Shown: positions 46,414-60,369, counted from the first letter of the stretch. The stretch: 64,000 nt of DNA from Chiloscyllium plagiosum (GCF_004010195.1 NC_057711.1:78103371-78167370), one strand, 5' to 3'. The notes: a model not told the origin generated them from the sequence alone. Program-made: numbers and translations.

Positions 46414-49400
46414 TTTCTCCATGGTTTGAGGCTCCTGAACATAGTGCATAAGATAAAAGATAACAACTGTAGTGTCTGTCTCAATCACCCTGCCTGCAAC
46501 CAGTTTTTAAGAAGGGAAATCCCCCCACACAAAGGTCAGGACCCTGAAATGGGTGTGGCGACTGAAGACACTGGACTAGTACAGAGAGATAAGTTAGGAA
46601 GTTGAGACTTGAGAAGTGGGACAAGAATTCCAATTACAGGTTTTAAATGCAACAGTGTTTTATTTGCATAAGTCTAGTCAGAGCTCTTGATGAGTTTTGT
46701 TATTGTAACTTAAACAATAAACTATTGCTATCTAAACAGTAGATCAAAAATTCACGTGGAAAAGGTTGATGATTATGTCATAATCAGTCAGTCAATCAAG
46801 ACCAAGAATTACTACTGAAATATTAAGTGATGCCTCTTCGTTGGTTTACATTTTGTTGTCTGTGTTCACTGTGTATGGTCAAAATTTGAAGATGCTTAAT
46901 ACACCAGGCAAACTGTTGAAAAATGTTAAAGACTTCCAGCATTTTTTTAAAACCCAAGAAGAATGATGACCTGATACAAAAGCATTGTCTTTATTTGGGG
47001 AATAAGGAATGAATTAGCAGAATATTTGTAATTACAGGGAATTGTAATTTTGCAAGGATGGTGAAACTCAAAATCCTTTTAAGTAACTGTTTTGCCTCAT
47101 CTGAAATAGGATCTCAATTCAATGTGTTTTGTAGGGAAGATTTTGTTTTTACATTATTATAAACATTATGTCCTTTTTAAAAATTAGGAAACACATAACC
47201 TTAAAACAAATTGATTAAGGGCCTTGAGCTCCTAACTGGTTTGAAATTCTACAATGCCTGTTTCAAAAAACAATTGTCACTGGTCATGCTTTAGCCAGAT
47301 GAGGGTATTATATTAAATTACCTTTGATGCTTTTTTTAAATGCAGAGTGTTCACAAAAAGAAGTGCATTTTAATTTTGATGTTTTGTTAAGATGTAAATA
47401 ATATTAGAACTTGAAGCTAAGCTGCTTCAGTTCTGTCAATTATTGTTAAGAATTTGTTGGCCCCTTTCATATTGCAAATTCAACTAATGTTGATCTCTCC
47501 CGAAATTGTACATGGTTATTACTAAGCTGGTAGCACCATCCAAGTGGTTATCAGTGAATGATAAAAGGAGGGAATGAGATATTAAAGGGTTAATTTGCTC
47601 TGCTAACCTGCAGGAAATTGGATGTCCCCAAGGGAGGGTGGTATGTCTCTGTCTTACAGGTAGATTGTAAGGAATTTACATTCCCATCCCTTGCCATTCA
47701 CATGGCCATTTCCTAGTTATTCAGAGAGAATTTACATGGCCACCTCTTGCCATTCAGAACCATTTGCATAATCATCCTATTCAAAATCAATAAGGGCATT
47801 ACAGTTGAAATTTTGATTACTGTGTAGTTTTTAAAAAAATAGATTTCACAACAGATTTGACCATTAAGGGATGACTTACATTATATTGTTTCTGGAAATG
47901 ATGTGGTCACTGCATTGTGTCTTGAGTGGCATGTGACTGTGGGGGAGTGACAAGAGGGCTGTCTTGTGGGCATTACTGACTGCGATGCAAAAATTTTGTC
48001 TAAGGGAGGAACTGTTTCCTTTGTTCAGAGAAATCCCTTGACATGGCTTCGCAAGCATTTCAAAATGTGTTAAAGGGTGTCTCCAGAAAGCTTGTACTGT
48101 ACTATACTTAATAAAATCTTGGTTATTCACAGAAGTTGGCGTCTACAGTTGCATCAAGTGTGCAAGAATCTCAGGGAGGAAAAAAGAACCTAACAGACAC
48201 CTGCCAGACTTGCTGGGGTAGAGGATCTGGTGTATTCTGAAATCTTCCATTCTGTTAACTGAATCTAAAAGGTGACTGTAAAATAACTATTTCATTGTAT
48301 CATCTTGATCCTCATCATCTATTTTGGTCTGAAGAACCCCTATTTCATACATGGACCTGTGCTTTTGGTGATTTCTCACCTGCTTTCTCCTCTAGTTAAC
48401 ATGCTTCTGCAATGTAGAACTGCCCACTTTAGGTAATCAGCGTTCCTGCTGCTGGACATTTTGCAAAGTTGAACCAGTGCCGTCTATATCCACAGGCTCT
48501 GCACATCAGCATATGCTGGACACTTTTGATTTATGGGAAAGTCACAATTACAGCTTACCTTGCTCTGTCTGGACACCTTGGATATAGCATCATTAGGCAT
48601 TAAAGACCAAAACATTTGTAAACACCATCATCTAGTGCCAATGCCTTGTATTGGTGTATGTTGCAGCATTTCTATGCACAGTGTCATTTTGTCTTTGCCC
48701 TTTCTCTGCAATGGTTAATAAATTTGTCTCGACACTCACTGGCTTTTTGTTTGTATCACATAAACTTCAAGCGGTATACACTGAATTCACTTCAACCTTC
48801 GCCATCAGACAGAACAAAATGAATTAATTCTGCACAGTCTTACTTTTCACTGGAGCTAACTTGTAGTTTGCCTCTCTAGGTCTTTCACCTTGTGGTCTTG
48901 GAAGCTTCGTGTCTCCTGAAACATGAAATACTTTCTCGGCCAACTCTGGAAATCTGGCAATGATCACTTCAATCTTTTGTTCTTTTCCACACTAAGGAGC
49001 ATTTGTTGCTTTAAGAAGATGCCACCTCCCGAACTGTGCTGTTGCTTTTTGCTTGCAGGTGAGAAGCAAATGTTGCAATGCATGAAGAACCCCTCACCAG
49101 GTCCCAGTGCTGCTATGAACTCTGCAGCTGAAACTGCTATTGCTTTTCTGTGCTATCTCAGGCTAAGTAAGGAGTGTTACCCTGCCATGTGGAAATGATA
49201 TTCTAGTCACAAGTACTTCAAGCACTTTAAATCAGCATTTTCAGCTACAACTGTATGGTGTTGGCTCATTATTACTCCCACCATGTTGAATTCTCTCTTT
49301 CTGGGCTAACACAAATGAAGCTGAAGCCAGACATACAGGTTAAACATAGACCTTTAATGAAGGTTCCTTTTGTACCTGCTCGTGTGCAGACCAAATAACT

Positions 49401-49712
49401 AAGATAGCTCCTGCATTACATGACAGCATGAATTACAGTGAAGTCCTAACTTCACATAATCGCACATGTAAATTAGCATCTTTACATTTTAGCAAACATG
49501 CCACTGCAACAATTACTGCACTTTATTTTGCATTGGTGGAAGACACTGGCTTCTAGAGACATCTGAGAATTTAAATTCCATCAATTGGAAAGTAAGGTCT
49601 CTTGTAAACAATATTATGTTGGGCGAAACTTTCATGACAGAAATCCTTTCCATCCAATTTGCCTCTGGTTGTGATCTCCAAGCCGACAAATGTAACCAAA
49701 ATGCTCACAGGG

Positions 49713-49752
49713 CTCAACAGAAAAGTCAGTACTCAACAGAAAAGTCAGTACT
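49713..49752. repeat. 19-bp perfect tandem duplication
   Basis: CTCAACAGAAAAGTCAGTA at 49713-49731 and 49732-49750. Confidence 0.9.
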
Positions 49753-50232
49753 GAATGTATCCAAGTCATTTCTCTGCCACCCCAATCTGTTAGTTACCTT
49801 TTAGATGTCTGGATAGAGACAACATGATATTAAAAAGGAAACCCTTGGAGACACCATCCTACTTTACTTATCAGAGACAGCTACCTGAGGTATAACCTTT
49901 TTTGATATGAAATGCACAAGTACATGATTACTCTATTTTAGCTAAGAGTAACAAGGGGTATCAAATACAAAAAAATTAAAACAACTTTCACTTAATAATA
50001 ACTAATATTACTTATGAAAGCAAATCAAAAAATTTTAGCTACAGGAAGATGCAATTACGCTTTCATCACATTAGGTATGTCATCTAGTCTGAAGATTTCT
50101 TTTTAAAATATGGCTACAAAATATGGCTTGTGATTTTTCAAGCGACCAAGACATTGGTATTATGGCCGGTTATACAATGCTACTACCAACAATGCCTGAC
50201 AATTAAAGCTGGTACATGCACATCAAGACTAG

Positions 50233-50801
50233 TGTAAGAGGTAATTTCGGTTTAAACTTTAAGATGTGCCTGGACCACAGACTGATCTATAATAAAAGAC
50301 AAAACCTTTGTTTCTTTTCTAACAACCATTTTATATACTCAAAAGTAGAGTAGTTTAAATTGTGCAGAATGCTGACAATTTGTGAGCTATAGTAAAAGCA
50401 AGCAGGCTCTTGATTAATGAAGCCATTCACACAGCAGAGAAGGATGAGTCCTTCGCTGATAAGACTCCAGGATGGGAGTTCGACTTGAGACATCTGTTTC
50501 AAGATTAAAGCTTTTGACTGATAAGACTACAGGGTGAGAAAAACAACAAACTTTGGAGACTCTGGAGCCTTTTGTTGCAGACTTTGTGATAAAAATAATG
50601 ATGTTTTTAAGAATGTGAACCTCATGGCTTGTTGGAGCCAAGGAGAGGAGGGACTTGTCCTATAAATAATGGAGACTTTGTAAGCCTCAGCGCGCCTTTT
50701 CTTTAAGGGTGCCCGACTCTGCAGACTTGACTTGTTAATAAAACTTTGTTTTCCTGAATTTGTCTAGAGCGATTATTGAGAAGCGATTTTCGTTTCTAAC
50801 A
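50233..50801 (+). mobile_element. Solo LTR (569 bp), second LTR family
   Basis: Ends TGTAAGA...TCTAACA (6 of 7 inverted). TSD CTAG at 50229-50232 and 50802-50805. TATAAATA at 50661-50668 and AATAAA at 50737-50742. Confidence 0.72.
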
Positions 50802-52099
50802 CTAGGAAAAGTGACACACTTCTGAACAAGCACAATCATTCCAATTTTTTTTTACACTGAACAGTTAATCAAGTGCAAAAGCAACAAAATCTTCAGTGCA
50901 AACAGTTAATTTTACTTTAAACCAAAAACAAATCAACAAACAATAAATAAATACTAAAGCTGTCAGTTTTATTAATATGACATCAGTTTCTGAACAAAAT
51001 TAGAGCGTTGCTCAATTCTGGGGAATCATTTCGACTTTCATGATCGAAGCTTCAAAAAAAGAAAGTTCATTTCACGTACTATATACAAAACAGTATGCTA
51101 ACCCAATATTCATCAGGACATCTACATGGGTTAATTTTAAATGTGATTTAACTTTGCAGTTAAATCTTTGGGATAGTGTATCAAGAACCACAAAGTGTGA
51201 AATCAGTGACTTTTTCAAACAATTAAATGTTATGGTGGTAAAATTGTTATACTAGACAGATTAGCAATTTTTGAAGCAAATGCCTTTCGCATATTGGATT
51301 TTACACACTCAATTTTCCAGCAGGTAAAAGCATCTCTTATTTTGCCCTCCAGTGTTGATTGGATCTGCTGTGTACAGGATTCTTGTAACAGGAAATTCCT
51401 CTTTACAACTTATCATTACATCTCAAAAGCCAGATGTCTACACTCTGCTCTTCAATCAAATGGGTGGTTTCTTTCTCTTCCTGTTGGTATTTATAGAACT
51501 ACACAAGCAGACAGTGTAACAGAATTGGACCATAAATGACCTTCAGCTGATCAATCCCTTTGCTTGAGTTCCTCTTTCCTCACCAATTAGAGCAAAACTA
51601 CGGTTAGAAATTCAAAGCATTCAACTCTGCTACAAACAGATTGGTACCACATTTCACATGTTGCTTTCATTCAGAAATGCATTACAATTATCTTGTCATA
51701 TGTAGTAACAATTCCACCTCAATTCTGTGTAACATATTAATGCTAAAGCTCAGATATTTAAAACTTTGTCCAATCCTTAAAGTACTTGTTCAACATAGAT
51801 AACAGCAGTACACTCATTGCTTCATCTATCATCTTTGTTTCCTCTTGAAACATTACGTTGACTCATCGTTAGAGTTGTTTTTTTTTCAAATGTAAACAGT
51901 GGGAGTCTAACATCCAAAGCCCAACGTATACATTCAACTTACTTAATCCAGTTTACATCTTGGGAATTTTCGTCAAGAGGAGCACCATTCACAAGAGTAC
52001 AGTCCACACCAGATAACTCAGTTATGCTTTGCTTCGAAATACAATTTCCAAACTAGCAATTGCATTAACATGCCACAAACAATCCCATTCACTTTATTC

Positions 52100-53150
52100 T
52101 TTGACAATTTTGCTGATAACACAAAGTAAGTAGGAAAGTAAGTTTTGAAGAGAACATTATAACATTGCAAAAAGATAAGTGGGCAATGATCTTGCCAATA
52201 GAATATAATGTAGAAAATTTGAAATTATTCATTTTTTGGCAGCAAAATTTTAAAAAGCAGCATTTTATCTAAAGGGCAAGAGAAATTGTAGAGCTTCAAG
52301 ATGCAGCTGTATAGTCATCCAAGTGCTCTGTGCTCGAGTGTATGAATCACAAAAGGTGACTGTGTTGGTACAGCAAATAACAATGCAGGTTAATAGAATG
52401 TTATAAAATGTATTGAGAGGAGTATGGAACACAAATGTAGACAGGTAACACTTCATTTATACAACACATTGCTGAGACCAAATCTGGAATACTAGGTACA
52501 GTATTGGTCACTCTATTTAACAAAATGACAAAGCACTGGAAGCAGCTCAGAGAAGTTTTACCATGCTCATACCTAAAATGGACAGGTAGTCTTAAGAAGA
52601 AAGGTTGGACAGACTAGGCTTGGACTGAGAGTTTAGAAGAGCAAAAATCGACTTGACTGAAACAGAATAGATTCTGAAGGGTTTTGACAGGTTAAGATGT
52701 GAAGACTTACCCACTTCTGGGAAAATCTAAAAGTCATTTAAAAATCATGGTTGGCCATTTAAAACAGATATAACGTGAAATTTCTCCTCTTAGAAAGAAC
52801 ATTTCATCTCAGCTATATGCTACATATGCAGCCAGCCCAAGGTTCCAACTTCCAGTTCTGCAGAACTGCTGCACATGGAATGCTGAGACCCGCACAGCCA
52901 GAAAGAAATTAGGGAGAATGCTGTTCAGAAGGTTGAATGTCTTTGGAACACACTTTCTGAAAAGGTGATGGAAAGAGAGTCCTTGAATACTTTTACGGTA
53001 GAGGTGGATGCATTCTCGTAAGAAAGAGGGTTCAACATTATCAGGGCTAGGTGGGAATGTAGATTTGGGGTCACAATCGGATCAGCTATGGTCTTATTAA
53101 ATGGCAGGACAGGCTCGAGGGGACCAATAGCGAACTCCAGTAAATTTGTC
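52100..53150 (+). mobile_element. Decayed CR1-type LINE 3' region
   Basis: LLRPNLEY*VQYWS remnant and a CR1-like tail. Confidence 0.6.
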
Positions 53151-53314
53151 AGTGCGTTTACAGACATTCTTCTACCCGTCAGAGAAATCCACAACAGTTT
53201 GATCCAGGAATGCTTCAGATGATCTGAGCATGAATCATGATACTTCAATAATGAAACCATTCCACCCCAATCCAAGTCATTCCCACGTCAATATTCCCAC
53301 CATGATTGATAGAT

Positions 53315-53757
53315 ATTTATTGTCACGTGTACTGAAGTACAGTAAAAAAAAACTGTGTACATGAGCAGTATAAGCAGAACATAGTAAGCAAAGATATACA
53401 AATCAAAAAGACTTAGAGGCACACGGGTTACATTGCACAGGGTGCGTACTAGGCATGATCAACGTTAGCAAGATCAGCATTATTTTAATTTAAAGAGTCC
53501 ATTCATCAGTCAAATATCAGCTAGGAAGCTGTTTCAGAAGAAGTTGTAGAAGATCATTACCAGGGTGTAACAGGTCTTTGATGATGTTGGCAGCCTTTCT
53601 GTGGCAAAGACTCGTGTAAATGGAGCCCATGAATGCAAGGTTGGCTTATGTCGTGGTCTGGGCTGTGCACATCACCTCCTGTGGTTTCTTGCAGTCCTGG
53701 GCAGAGCAGTTGCCGTACCAAGCCGCTATGCACCCAGACAGTATACTTTCAATGGTC
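53315..53757 (-). mobile_element. Rex1/Babar-like LINE 3' fragment
   Basis: Minus strand TIESILSGCIAAWYGNCSAQDCKK, then a 3' UTR ending gtgacaataaa. Confidence 0.65.
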
Positions 53758-54311
53758 ATCTCAGTCAAACTTCACCTATCTTCAACTCTGATCCAACCTT
53801 TCCCAAGGCTGACAATCATTTTTTAAGCAAAAGACAATGATGGGGATAGCTGGATAATGGAAGCTCGAAATGAAGATTATAGTTTAACAACATCTTCAAT
53901 TATATGAAGACAGTATTGTTGTTAAAACAAGTGCTCGCCTGAATCAACTAAATAATCTTGCTTCTCCTGGTCCTATTACTGCTAACACAGTATTATCGTT
54001 GTGACTTCAGCAGAGCAATAGACTAGCTGCCATACATTCAGGGGAACATGAAGGCTCCGTTAAAGATTGCAAAATTTGCTCCAGCAGAGGGGCAGAGTTG
54101 GACATTGGGGGAGCCAGGCGGCACATGGCGTGAACCAGAAGGGGGTAGCAAGGAAGATGAGAAGTTGGAATACCTCGAGTAGATGCCATTCCTTCACCAT
54201 GCTTCTTGTAACCTACTACCCATTCTCTACTGGCCACAAGGAGGAGAATATTCTTTTGCACTTAGTTGATTGAGGATGAGGCCACAGCAGTAAGTATTGT
54301 CTACATGGACT

Positions 54312-54625
54312 TTAGATTAGATTAGATTACATTACATTACAGTGTGGAAACAGGCCCTTCGGCCCAACAAGTCCACACCGACCCACCGAAGCGCAACCCA
54401 CACATACCCCTAAACCTAACACTATGGGCAATTTAGTATGGCCAATTCACCTGACCTGCACATCTTTGGACTGTGGGAGGAAACCGGAGCACCCGGAGGA
54501 AACCCATGCAGACACGGGGAGAACGTGCAAACTCCACACAGTCAGTCGCCTGAGGCGGGAATTGAACCCCGGACTCTGGCGCTGTGAGGCAGCAGTGCTA
54601 ACCACTGGGCCACCGTGCCGCCCAC
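54312..54625 (-). mobile_element. HE1-type SINE, full length, young
   Basis: Near-identical reverse complement of 4449-4775, including the (TAATC/TAATG)n tail. Confidence 0.88.
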
Positions 54626-54903
54626 GGTGGCCTTTGTCAGGCCTTTGTCATGATTAGCAAAGTTAGATCACATGGGATGCAGGCAGAGCTTGGCAACTGG
54701 ATACAGAATTGACTTGATGATAGGAGACAGAGAGTAGTAGTGGAGAGATGTGTTTCAGACTAGAGGCCTGTGACCAGAAGTATTCTGCCAAGATCAGTAC
54801 TCGGTCACTGTTTGTCATAGTTTAGTAAGTTTGTGGATGACACCAAACTTGGTGGTATTGTGGGCAGTGAGGAAGGTTATCTAAGATTACAAAAGGATGT
54901 TCA

Positions 54904-56765
54904 TCAGGTTGTTGGTTTGCTCACTAACCGTTGTTCCCGAATACGTGGTATTGGTATATCTCCTTGGCTTCTCTCAGTTCCGAGGTGCTGCAGTGCGTTG
55001 TGGCTCTGTTTGTGGGTGTTGGGATGGTTGCTTCTGTCATTAAGTATCTGGTCAGCGTGTGAGGCTTTCCTGTACATGCTGGTCTGCAGTTTTCCATTGG
55101 CTTTTTGTTCTGCCACGATGTCCAAGGAAGGGAGTCAGTTATTGTTCTCTTCCTCTTTGGTGAATTTTATACCAGTCAGGATGTTGTTTATGGTGTTTCT
55201 TCTAGCTTTTTGTGATTCATGAGGATAAAAGCTGTCATCCACATAGCAGACCCAAAGCTTAGGCTGGATCGTGGGAAGGGCTGTTCGCTCTGACCTCTGC
55301 ATAACCGCTTCTGCTGCAAGTCCTGATACTGGTGATCCAATAGGCACCCTGTTGATTGGTTTGTAGATCTTGTCATTGAAGATGAAGAGGATTGAGAGGC
55401 AGAGGTCCAGTCGTTTGAGGATGCTGACCTTGTTGATGGAGTTGGTGCTATTGGGTGTTGTCTAGCAGTGAGGCCAGTGTTTCTTTGACTAAGGTGATGC
55501 TTATTGATGTGAATAGGGCCAGCACATCGAAGGAAATCATGACCTCGTCATCCTCTGTCTTGGCATCTTTGATGACGATAAGGAATTCCTGGGTGGAATG
55601 GATGGAGTGAGTTCAGCCTTTTATCAAGTGTTTTGGTTTTCATTGCAGTTCCTTTACTAGCCTGTATGCTGGTGTGCTGGGAAGTGAGACTATGGGTGTG
55701 AGGGGGATCTCTTGCTTATGTACCTTTGGTAATCTTAGGTTAGACCCTTCTGGTTTCATTCTTTGGGGGTCTGTCTTGTTAATTTCACCTGTATAGTTTC
55801 CACCAGGTTGCTTTAATGCTGTTTTCGAGCAGTGGAGCAGGGTCCATCACCACCTATTGGTAGGTGTTGGTACTGGTTAGTAGTGTGTTCACTTTTTCAA
55901 AATACAGTGTTCTATTTAGATTGACGGTCATGTACCCTTTGCCTGCAGGTGGGATTACAATATTTCTGTCTGTCTTTTGAGTCCTTCCAGGACTTTCCTT
56001 TTAGTGTGTTGAGGGTGTTCCCTTCTTTCCTTCTGCTTGGTGTTGTGGTGCCATCTGTCTGATAGCCTGTGGGGTTTCTTCTATAAGTTTGCTGTCTTTT
56101 AGGGCAGATTCCAATGCTGCTACGAAGTCCTTTTTGTCTGCGTCCGTGTGGTTGTAGTTCATCCCTCGTAAAAAGGATGGATTTTTCAGTGTGTGAGTGT
56201 GGTCAGTCAGCCAGGTTCTTTATCCACGTTTCTGATTCGTCTGTGTAGTTTCGGAGACAGCGTTAGGATGGCTAGAACCCCATACCCACAGCCAGCTGAA
56301 TGAATGCAATATACAAAATACCTTGCAAGGAATGCAACACATTACATTGGACAAATGGGCAAGAAACTAACCACCGGGATACATGAGCACCAATGAGCCA
56401 AAAGACATGATCAAATATCACTGTTATCCAGACACACAGATGAAGAGGGACATCAGTTCGGCTGGGACATTACATCCATCCTGGGACAGGCCAAAGACGC
56501 GTGGGAATTCCTAGAGGCCTGGCATTCAAACTGGAACTCCATGAACACACACAGAGTTGGATCCCATTTATTAACCTCTTAGAAACCGAACTGGAAATGG
56601 TATCACCCACCACAACAAACGAAGACACAAATAGCAAGTGGGACAGAACACAATCACTTCACTAAAGGCCCATTGATGAGCATGGTGATAAAACATCTGA
56701 AAACAAACCCACCAGCTCAGTGAGCAAACCAACAACCTGAACCACAAATCTTCTTTACAATTTCC
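54904..56765. mobile_element. Penelope/Poseidon-like element with inverted RT portion
   Basis: Minus strand about 54926-56265: PIGSPVSGLAAEAVMQ and WVCYVDDSF. Plus strand about 56270-56765: YKIPCKEC..YIGQ GIY-YIG remnant. 22-bp inverted ends 54904-54925 / 56719-56740. Degenerate TSD 54893-54906 / 56766-56779. Confidence 0.82.
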
Positions 56766-59554
56766 AAGGATCTTGATCAATTGAGCCAATGGACTGAGGA
56801 GTGGCAGATGGAATTTAATTTAGATAAATGTGAGGTGCTGCATTTTGGGAAAGTGGTCAAGGACAGGATTTGCACATTTAATGGTATGGTCTTGGGAAGT
56901 GTTGTGAACAGGGACACCGAGGGGTTCAAGTACATAGTTCATTGAAAGTTGCATCACAGTAGACAGAGTAGTAAAGGCGGTATTTGGCATGATTGTCTTC
57001 ATTGTTCAGACCATTGAATAAAGGAGTTGGGATGTCACATTGAGGATGCATAGAATGTTGGTGAAGCCACCTTTCAAGTGCTGTTAATGTTTTGGCTGCT
57101 CTGCTGTCGGAAGAATATTAAATTAGAGAGGATTCAGAAAAGATTTACAAGGGCATTACCAGGAATGGTGGGTTTGAGTTAAAGGAGACGAGATAGGCTG
57201 GGACTTTTTTTTCCACTGGAGCACAGGAAGTTGAGGGGTTATAGCAGTTACTAAAATCATGAGGGCCATAGATAACATGAATTGCAAAGGTCATTCCCTT
57301 AGGATAGGGGAGTTCAAAAGTATAAGGACATGGTTTTAACATTAGAGGAGAAAGATTTAAAAGGGACTGGAGGGTAAACTTTATCCACACAGAGGATGGT
57401 TCTTATGTGTAATGAACTCCCAGAGAATATGGCAAATCTAAGTATGGTTACAATATTAAAAGACATTTGGACAGGCATACAAATAGGAAAGGTTGAGAGA
57501 TATGGGCTAAACAAAGGCCAATGGGACTAGAAACTTGATCTGCATGGATGAGATAAACTGAAGGTTCTGTTGCCATGTTGTATGAGTCTATGATGCAAAA
57601 GGTGAGCCTTTCCCCATTCTACTTCAAGTGACAAATTGCATGTGCAAGCCATTGTCCTGAGCCACTATGTTACCTGCCATACCTGATTCCCCATGCAAGT
57701 GGCCTCTTTTTGCATGGAAATGGATACCAATTCAAAAGCTTGAGACCTCATAGCCTCATACTAGAGATGAACTCTTCCAAGCCCACTTCAATCTATGCAG
57801 TGCATCTGGAAAAAAAAAGGTTTCTGACGCTGTTTTTCTTTCTATTCAAAGAAATCCTGAAGATTGAGCATCTGGGTCAAGCTAAGTTGAAGCTTGGAGC
57901 ATCCTGCCCTCTATCTTCAATACCTGCTAATTGCAATGTGCATATTACCATATGTCAATGTATATAACAGCCTTTCAAGGCCCCAAAAGTGTGCGCACAA
58001 CTGAACTTACGGAGAATGCACAGGAGATTATGACAGCACTTCCTCAGTATGTGAATGCAACTGAGGACTCTGTCTGGTTCAAACAACTGAGTAATGCTTA
58101 AAAGACCTACGGGAGGCAAAAGCCACAAGGTAGAAATGACTTTGAATACTTTCCTAAATCAAAATCGTGCATATGGTCCTCTTGCAGTTAGTTGTTAATG
58201 GTGACAGAAATCCAATGTTTGAATTATATGTCACAAGGCAGTTTAATAACAAATTATGTCATCAAGTATCTGAAAGATATCCACTATTGACATCATTTGG
58301 CTGCATTCCACCATCCTGCCCTTCTCCACGACCTCTTCCTCAACAGGTCAGGGTACCCACTACTGAAGAACTACATGCCTAGTTCTTTCTTCCTTTCCCT
58401 GGAATTTTATGCTCCCTTCTCCTGAAGTGGAAAAAACTGAGATGAGAAAGTTAGAGTTTTGTGAACGTGAAAAATGGATTACCTGCAGAGATTAAACCAC
58501 AACAGTGTGAAAGCTCAGACTAAGGTATGGATGTCAGATTGGCAGTAAAATAATGAAGAATACTGGCATGCATTGTCTGATATGGATGTGGTGAGGTGCA
58601 TAGAGACAATGACTGAAACTTAAAGGTATGCTTGATGGAGGAGTATTGTACACAGGAAAGCTGAGGATTCAGAGTAAGGGGATTGGCAGCTGATTGTGGA
58701 TCACTCACCTTTCCAGCCTTCATAAGGCTATTTACAGGCTACCGCCAGGTGTGAGTGACCGCATGCTACCGCTCACCACTGACCACTTCCACTCTCACTG
58801 CTTGATCAGAGAAACTGCTATCTTTTTTCCAGATATGAAAACTTGTCTTCAGATCCGCTCATCCTCTGGAAGGACAGGGTGAAGCAGACTTCCCACATTG
58901 TGCGTCCTTCTCTTGGGTTCCTGCATGCTGAGTGAGAGAACTACAATCAAGCAAGGCTTGTTGCTGCCAGAGTCCCTTTAGACAGAAAACCTTCACGTGA
59001 TAGGTGCAGGTAATCATCATACATACCTTGTGATAGGTCTGGAAATCGTGAACATGCCTAAATCATTTGTACCTCGTTCTTTTCATTTCACCCTTTGCTT
59101 CCTTACCAAGTCCCATTAATTGCTTACATTATTGTATTATCTCAAATTTCCATGTCAAACTTCAGATCTTCATTCAAAAATGCCTCCATTGCCTCATTCT
59201 ATCCAATCTCCTTCAGTTCTACACACATGGGCAGACTCAGTTCTTCTGCAAGTTGTCAATCCTGCAAAGCCCCTCCCTTTGTTCCATCATCAGCGAAACC
59301 TCAACTATCTTGGCATAGTTAGTCAAGTGATGATTAGTATTCAATGCAACACAGTAAAATACAAATCAGGTAAAGGAACTTAAAATTAGTGAACTGATAA
59401 TGTTTGCAAGACATAATTCACAGATCACAGCTCAATTTCATGAGATCAGCACCTCTTAGGGCAAGACTTAAAGTTCTTGAAACAAATACTCAATGCTGTA
59501 ATCAATGTTCATTTAATATTTAGAAACAAACATATTTTCAATGATACTACTCAG

Positions 59555-59712
59555 GTAAAAGGAAAACAGTGGATGTTGGAAACTTAAAACAAACACAAAG
59601 TACAGAAGAAACTCAGGAGGTCTGACAGCATATTTACAAAGAGAAACACAGTTAACGTTTGAAGTCTGATATGGTTTCAAAAACATCTGAAGAACCACAT
59701 CAGACTTGGAAG
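59555..59712 (-). mobile_element. Old PLE-type terminal fragment (family D) with a short fold-back
   Basis: aagtctgatatggtt ... aaccacatcagactt inverted pair flanking ctgaaga; AAACGTTAAC remnant on the minus strand. Confidence 0.45.
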
Positions 59713-60369
59713 TCTCCCATCAAATACTGCTCAGAGCTGTTTGGAAGCATCGAAGTATTTTTAATGGCCAGTATACTGCAGTGCGTATCAGAATGACATA
59801 ACCAAGATCAGTAGTTCGCAAAGTGTTCTAATAAAATTTTCTTTTGCAGTTATTAGGAAATATATTGAAGATGATGGTCTTTAGCGTTGACATCAATAAA
59901 CAAAATGACAAGCCATTAATAGTAATTGTAATTTTTCAGCATGAGTTGCCATCTTCAATGTGCAACAAATTCCATTGCTCATTTGAAGACAATGAAATTG
60001 CACTCAGAGTAACATGTACGTGTACGTATGTGCATACAAAATGAAGGCAATATTAAGGGAATTGGGCAGGTACAAATTGGTTGATATTTTAAACATAGTT
60101 TTGAAAACAATATTCAACAAAATCAAATGGCATAAATGGTTCAAAATTAAACAATAGGTTTTTCACATACCCTTTCACATTTCTGGTATCGGTGTAAAAG
60201 TTTTATTCAATAAATGATGGTTAAATATTCGGGCTCTCAATTGCAGACAAATAGCCTGGTTAAAGTCCACACTTTGATGAAAGAATATATAACACAGACA
60301 CGGCAATTAAAAGCAACTGCACCAAGCGCAGTTTGAAAGATTAGTTCAATGGAGGTAGACGTCACGAGT

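Larger units (their letters stand above)
45486..48195 (+). mobile_element. Complete non-autonomous LTR retroelement (2.7 kb)
   Basis: 5' LTR 45486-46007 and 3' LTR 47575-48195 (TG...CA). PBS TGGTGGCAGCAGTGGGATTC at 46010-46029, PPT AAAAGGAGGGAA at 47563-47574, TSD GACA at 45482-45485 and 48196-48199. No recognisable gag/pol ORF inside. Confidence 0.88.
54270..57590 (+). mobile_element. CR1-type LINE interrupted by an HE1 SINE and a PLE
   Basis: VYMDF, KFVDDTKLGG and WQMEFNLDKCEVLHFG segments resume across both insertions. Confidence 0.8.

Noticed and set aside
48554..48700. Candidate Gq-alpha exon 2 ending AAG|GTAAG on the minus strand
   Set aside because: In-frame stop and no GTGESGKSTFIKQM motif.
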